This document shows positions 59,907 to 64,000 of a stretch of 64,000 bases of DNA, piece after piece. The position numbers and the translations under genes are program-made. The notes below the pieces were generated by a model, which saw only the letters and a program-made list of their open reading frames with translations, made no database searches and was not told the DNA's origin. Source of the stretch: Guillardia theta CCMP2712 (Eukaryota; Protista; Cryptophyta). The stretch is taken from contig NW_005434550.1 of the NCBI RefSeq assembly GCF_000315625.1, positions 62,001 through 126,000 of the forward strand, given 5' to 3'. The stretch's first letter is position 1, and each line of letters begins with the position of its first letter.

Positions 59907-62661
59907 ATGAGCTTGTTCAAACGTGTTCTTTTTCAGTGGATGGTACTGGCTACTTTGAGGGTGTGCAGCGGGCATATTGCCCCAGAGTTCATTAATGTGG
60001 GTGTCAACTGCACTGGCGTCAGTTCAAATTGTTTTGTGACTCCTCCCAACGATCATGTCTTCTGGGGTCAACCTGGAGATCAGATCAAGTTTTTCAGTGC
60101 TATGCGCCAGGACAACCCAAGCGACCAAGGTTCGCAGTACAGGGGCATTTTCTTCGAGATCAACTCCACCTTCTACAACAGCAAAGCAGTTAATGTCGGT
60201 TCGCAAGGGCTGAGCATCCCCGCTTTTATGCCCTTCCCCAATGATGTTACCAAAGGCTACAGGGAATTCACAGCCACGTTGGTGGACTTTGCTCCCTCCA
60301 ACGACTTGAGAGTTTGCTTCCAAGCTCTGGTGGATTGCAGGCCCACCGATGAAGTGACATGTCCAGTCAGTCAAGTCGCATACAGTGGACTCAAACAGGT
60401 TCTAGGGCGGCAAACCTGTTGCATCGTGAATCCCGATGGCTCGTACAACACGAACTTTTACCCTAAGCGATGTGTGAACTTGTACGTTGCCGTTCCTCCT
60501 CAGATTGTTGCAATCTCACCGGCGGACGACAACATGTGCTCCACAAGGCGTACTATTCTTCCCCTCAAAAGCTGGGAGAAGCCTGTAAGCGTGTGCGACG
60601 TAACGGTGAACAACGGACAATTGCTGCGGTTGAACATCGATGCGGTAGACATGAATCGTGAGGACGACATAGACGTACACGCCACAGGTCTCCCCAATGG
60701 AGCCGTTCTCGGCCCGAGGATGTGCTGCGATGAAAACTTCACAGCCTGCCATGAGCTTCCGATGGGCTCCATGACGGAGACAACTGAGTGCACGAACCCA
60801 TGTTTTAGCGAGGCATCGGGTTACGCCTTCAGTCCTAAGTGCGGATCTGTATGTACAATGCGATACGCACGCAATCCATGCAGATTCGTGCGAAGACAGC
60901 TGTTGTTCCAGCCGGGCTCTAATGAATCTAAGGTAGCACAGGTTGTGTCAATCCAAGCCTACGCGCAGGATGATTCATCAAGACTTGACACAAACATCAA
61001 TGGTCTCTGCTGCCATGCGTCTAATCTTAAAGGAAACGCTACCGAATTCAGTGTGACTGCCCAGTACAACAATCCGGCATTGATCGAACCTCTTCCTCCG
61101 ACAAGGTTGCCAGATGCTTATGTCAACTGTCCCATTCCCGTGTTCGGAGTACATGCTTTTTCGGTCCTTACCAAGAACTTCTCAGATTTGCAAATTGTAC
61201 CGGAGGGCTGTGTTTTCAACAGTTACACTCTTGCTGAAGGTTGCCCCGATCAATCCTTGTGCACGGTATGCCTTCCCGCCATCACATGTACCAATGCTCA
61301 GTGCAAGTTTCCGGTGGGAATCGACATCGGATCGAATTTACCATACATCTGGAATTCATATGAACTTAGTTCACATTCTTCAGTTTACGATGCGATAACG
61401 TCATACTACATAATCAAAGCATACTACAACAAGCCCTCAAATTCTCTGCTGAACTTGGCGGTGTATTCAAACATTGTACCAGCAAACGGTACAGTGTTGG
61501 TGGTTGAAGGCGTCCAGCCGTCAAGTCCATCGATGTCGAAAGTTTCCTGTCTTCTAGATGATAAGATTGGACTGTCGACTCAATGGGTGAATAATGCCCT
61601 AAGAATTGTGCTAAACCTTGAAAAATCCACGGGGCTGACTCCGCTAAAGGGAATCAAGTAAGTCTCATTTGGAGGTTTCAGTTCATCTAAGACCTTGTGC
61701 AGTGTGACCTGCCACTTTGAAGAATCCTTCTCTTTGCCCTCTCCAAATGTCTCATACGATTCTTCGCTGGTACTTTTCACTCGAGAACTTCTCCTGTGGT
61801 TCATAAGATTTGCAGGTGGGCGGATTGAAGTTCAGTAAGATTCCCGTGCCTTTAACGCAGTGCTCTATGAACTGCGATGTACATGCTTTGGGGGATGGAT
61901 CTAGAGGGGTTGGGGTGTATAGAGCGATCAGGTGCGTATTCAACCGACTCTGTCTGTGGCCCTTACGATGTAGCAGGTGGACGCCAAAGAAAGGCCAGGA
62001 AGGGAAGGACTATAGCCTCTGCTTCCGAGCAGTGGACACAAAGAACATTTCTGCCGTCGCATCTTTCAAATGCTTCAACATTCGGGTGAGATCATTCAAT
62101 GGTCCTAGACACTGTTTTTGACTGAGAGTCAGGTTGTCAAATGTAAGTACTGCGCTCTCCCGGGCGACAGTTACACATCACTGGCCAAGTTATTCTTCAC
62201 AGGTATTCCACTTGATGTGGGTCAAGGCGGATGCTGACATCTCGCAGACTGGTTCCAGATCTGGTCGTCCAATCCGAACCTCGGAGGGAATCCTGATGCC
62301 ATTGCACCAGGCAGACGCGCTGGGATCTTGTGCACAGACTGATTCTCGTAGCAGGGAGCGTGGTGAACCTGGGAGGTCTGTACGCGCCTCCAAAGTCAAT
62401 CCCAATTAGCCAGGTATGACAATAGATGGGGACGAAAGAAAATCTGACAGACTTCCAGCTTGCGTTTCAGATGGCGACAACAGAAAAGTCGCTGAGGAAC
62501 GCCAACCCTGACATCCCCGTCGAGGCCACTGAGGTGAATGCGAACCAGGTAGTTCGATGATGGCAGCTCCTCCTCCTCTCCTCATATCGATGTCGCAGGA
62601 GGTCTGCATTCTCCCTGGAGTCTGCGATAGTTTCGTAGCACCAGATGGCTCGAGCACTTGA
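59907..62661 (+). CDS. Secreted Cys-rich protein with two C-terminal LysM domains
   Basis: Signal peptide MSLFKRVLFQWMVLATLRVCSG; large Cys-rich exon; KYCALPGDSYTSLAKLFFTDWFQIWSSNP..PDAIAPG and LAFQMATTEKSLRNANPDI..NQEVCILP. Confidence 0.75.
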
Positions 62662-62896
62662 GGGTTGCTGACTTCGATTGACTCATCTTAACATGTCTAG
62701 CTAGTAGCTGCCGTTAACTCATAGAGAGAGATTGTACCACTACAACCAGCATGAATGCAGGAGCACATGTGCGAAGTTCGGGGTGAGAAAAAGCTTCGTC
62801 TAATGCGAAACAACAACTTCTGCTTCCCTTGCATTTCGCTCCCGTCAGTTGCCGTCTTCCAACTCTTGAACAGCCTGACAGCCAAATTAGACGCGC

Positions 62897-64000
62897 TAAG
62901 GAACCGAGACCGGGTTAACCTGCAGGAAGGCGTCTGCAAAGGCATTGGAAACCATCGCGATCGTTAGCTCGATGCCAACCCTGCATGAACGTGAGCTGCT
63001 AGCATCGGCGAGGAAGAGACAGACATGTAGCAGTAGTAGGAGAAGCCCCTGGAGAAGCCCGGTCCTCCATACATCCTTCTAAACCATCCACGTTTCTGCT
63101 GAGCCCCCTCCTGTCAGAGGACGTCAGCGACCAGATGATCTCTCGGTCAACCGACCCTTGATAATCTTGACATGGCGACCTCCGCGTCTCTCCGACCTTG
63201 CGGTACAGCATCAGCTTGCACGCAAGTCACTTCCGACTTGTCACCGCATAACTTCTGCAGTGTTGCTTTTCTCTCCAGCGGAAATAGTCCAACCATCCAA
63301 AGAAACCCCGCCGGAAGGTTGAAATAGCCGAATCGCACTGGTATTGACAAAGTGCTGAGAAGCAGCTGGGTGTTGAGCCCTGTTACAGAATGGACGTCAC
63401 GCCGGGCCCTCATAGTCGAACGTGAAATCGCATCAAAATAGATCAAAACATAGTCGATCGCATCAAAACATATCAAATCACATGAAATGACATGCAATCA
63501 AGACATGTTGGCCATTGGTTCTCCACTGACCTTCGTAAGCCGTGTCTTCTTTCAGTGCTGTTACAAGCCCTTGGTAAACGCCACAGTTCGTATAACCAGC
63601 ACATCTAAGAAAACTTCACGTGCTGTCAGCAAGAACTCTAAGGCTACCCGGCCATCATTCGGTGAGAGACAACGTCGAGCGGATGGGTGAGGGAGGCAAA
63701 GAGCATGATGGAAGAAACCGACTTGGCTAAAATCCCTATGACGTTGTTGCCTGGAAAGGCAAGGAGTATCTGAAGCACACGTGAGAGACTTGCCACTCTG
63801 GTTGTGAACACAGAGAGAGAGTGAGAAGCACGGGGCAAAGCACACTAGTGTCCTGGAGCACACAAGCAACCAAAGTCATCGACGGCTTACCTCCATCATG
63901 CTGATAGATCCTGCACGCCATAATGCTTGATGGAGGACCCTAGCGTGCAGGCCATTCCAGAGCGCACCATTCCCCTCGTCATGCCGGATTCTTCTCCATG
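62897..64000 (-). CDS. Mitochondrial carrier-like protein (partial; 5' part beyond the window)
   Basis: RIRHDEGNGALWNGLHARV and LTHPLDVVSHRM match SLC25 signature motifs. Confidence 0.55.

Overview
Eukaryotic nuclear DNA: gene-dense, with many very short (~40-60 nt) GT/GC-AG introns that carry a CTGAC/CTAAC-like branch site near the acceptor. Intron style, gene families and composition suggest a cryptophyte alga such as Guillardia theta; this is inference and was not searched. About 24 mostly multi-exon genes were reconstructed by hand from the ORF track and splice sites, so starts and ends are approximate. Recognisable products: ferlin-like multi-C2 protein, beta-helix protein, GPI-type Cys-rich protein, cNMP-binding protein, coiled-coil protein, Sfi1-like protein, BBS4, NAA40, HSF-like orphan, epiplastin-like protein, ankyrin-IQ protein, CDK-like pseudokinase, RNFT1-like RING ligase, TRF4/MEE44-like nucleotidyltransferase, SYP7-like Qc-SNARE, YHM2-like carrier, a PA14/ubiquitin-like fusion, a LysM secreted protein and a partial SLC25 carrier. 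No rRNA, tRNA, CRISPR or transposase was seen. Most notable observations: (1) a type II membrane protein whose second PA14 domain has two ubiquitin-like domains inserted in its loops; (2) two classes of recurrent intergenic element, namely GGCC/CCGG-rich islands about 10 kb apart sharing short motifs, and CCTACCC/GGGTAGG tracts upstream of genes; (3) a nested triple palindrome with perfect 44-bp arms upstream of BBS4.
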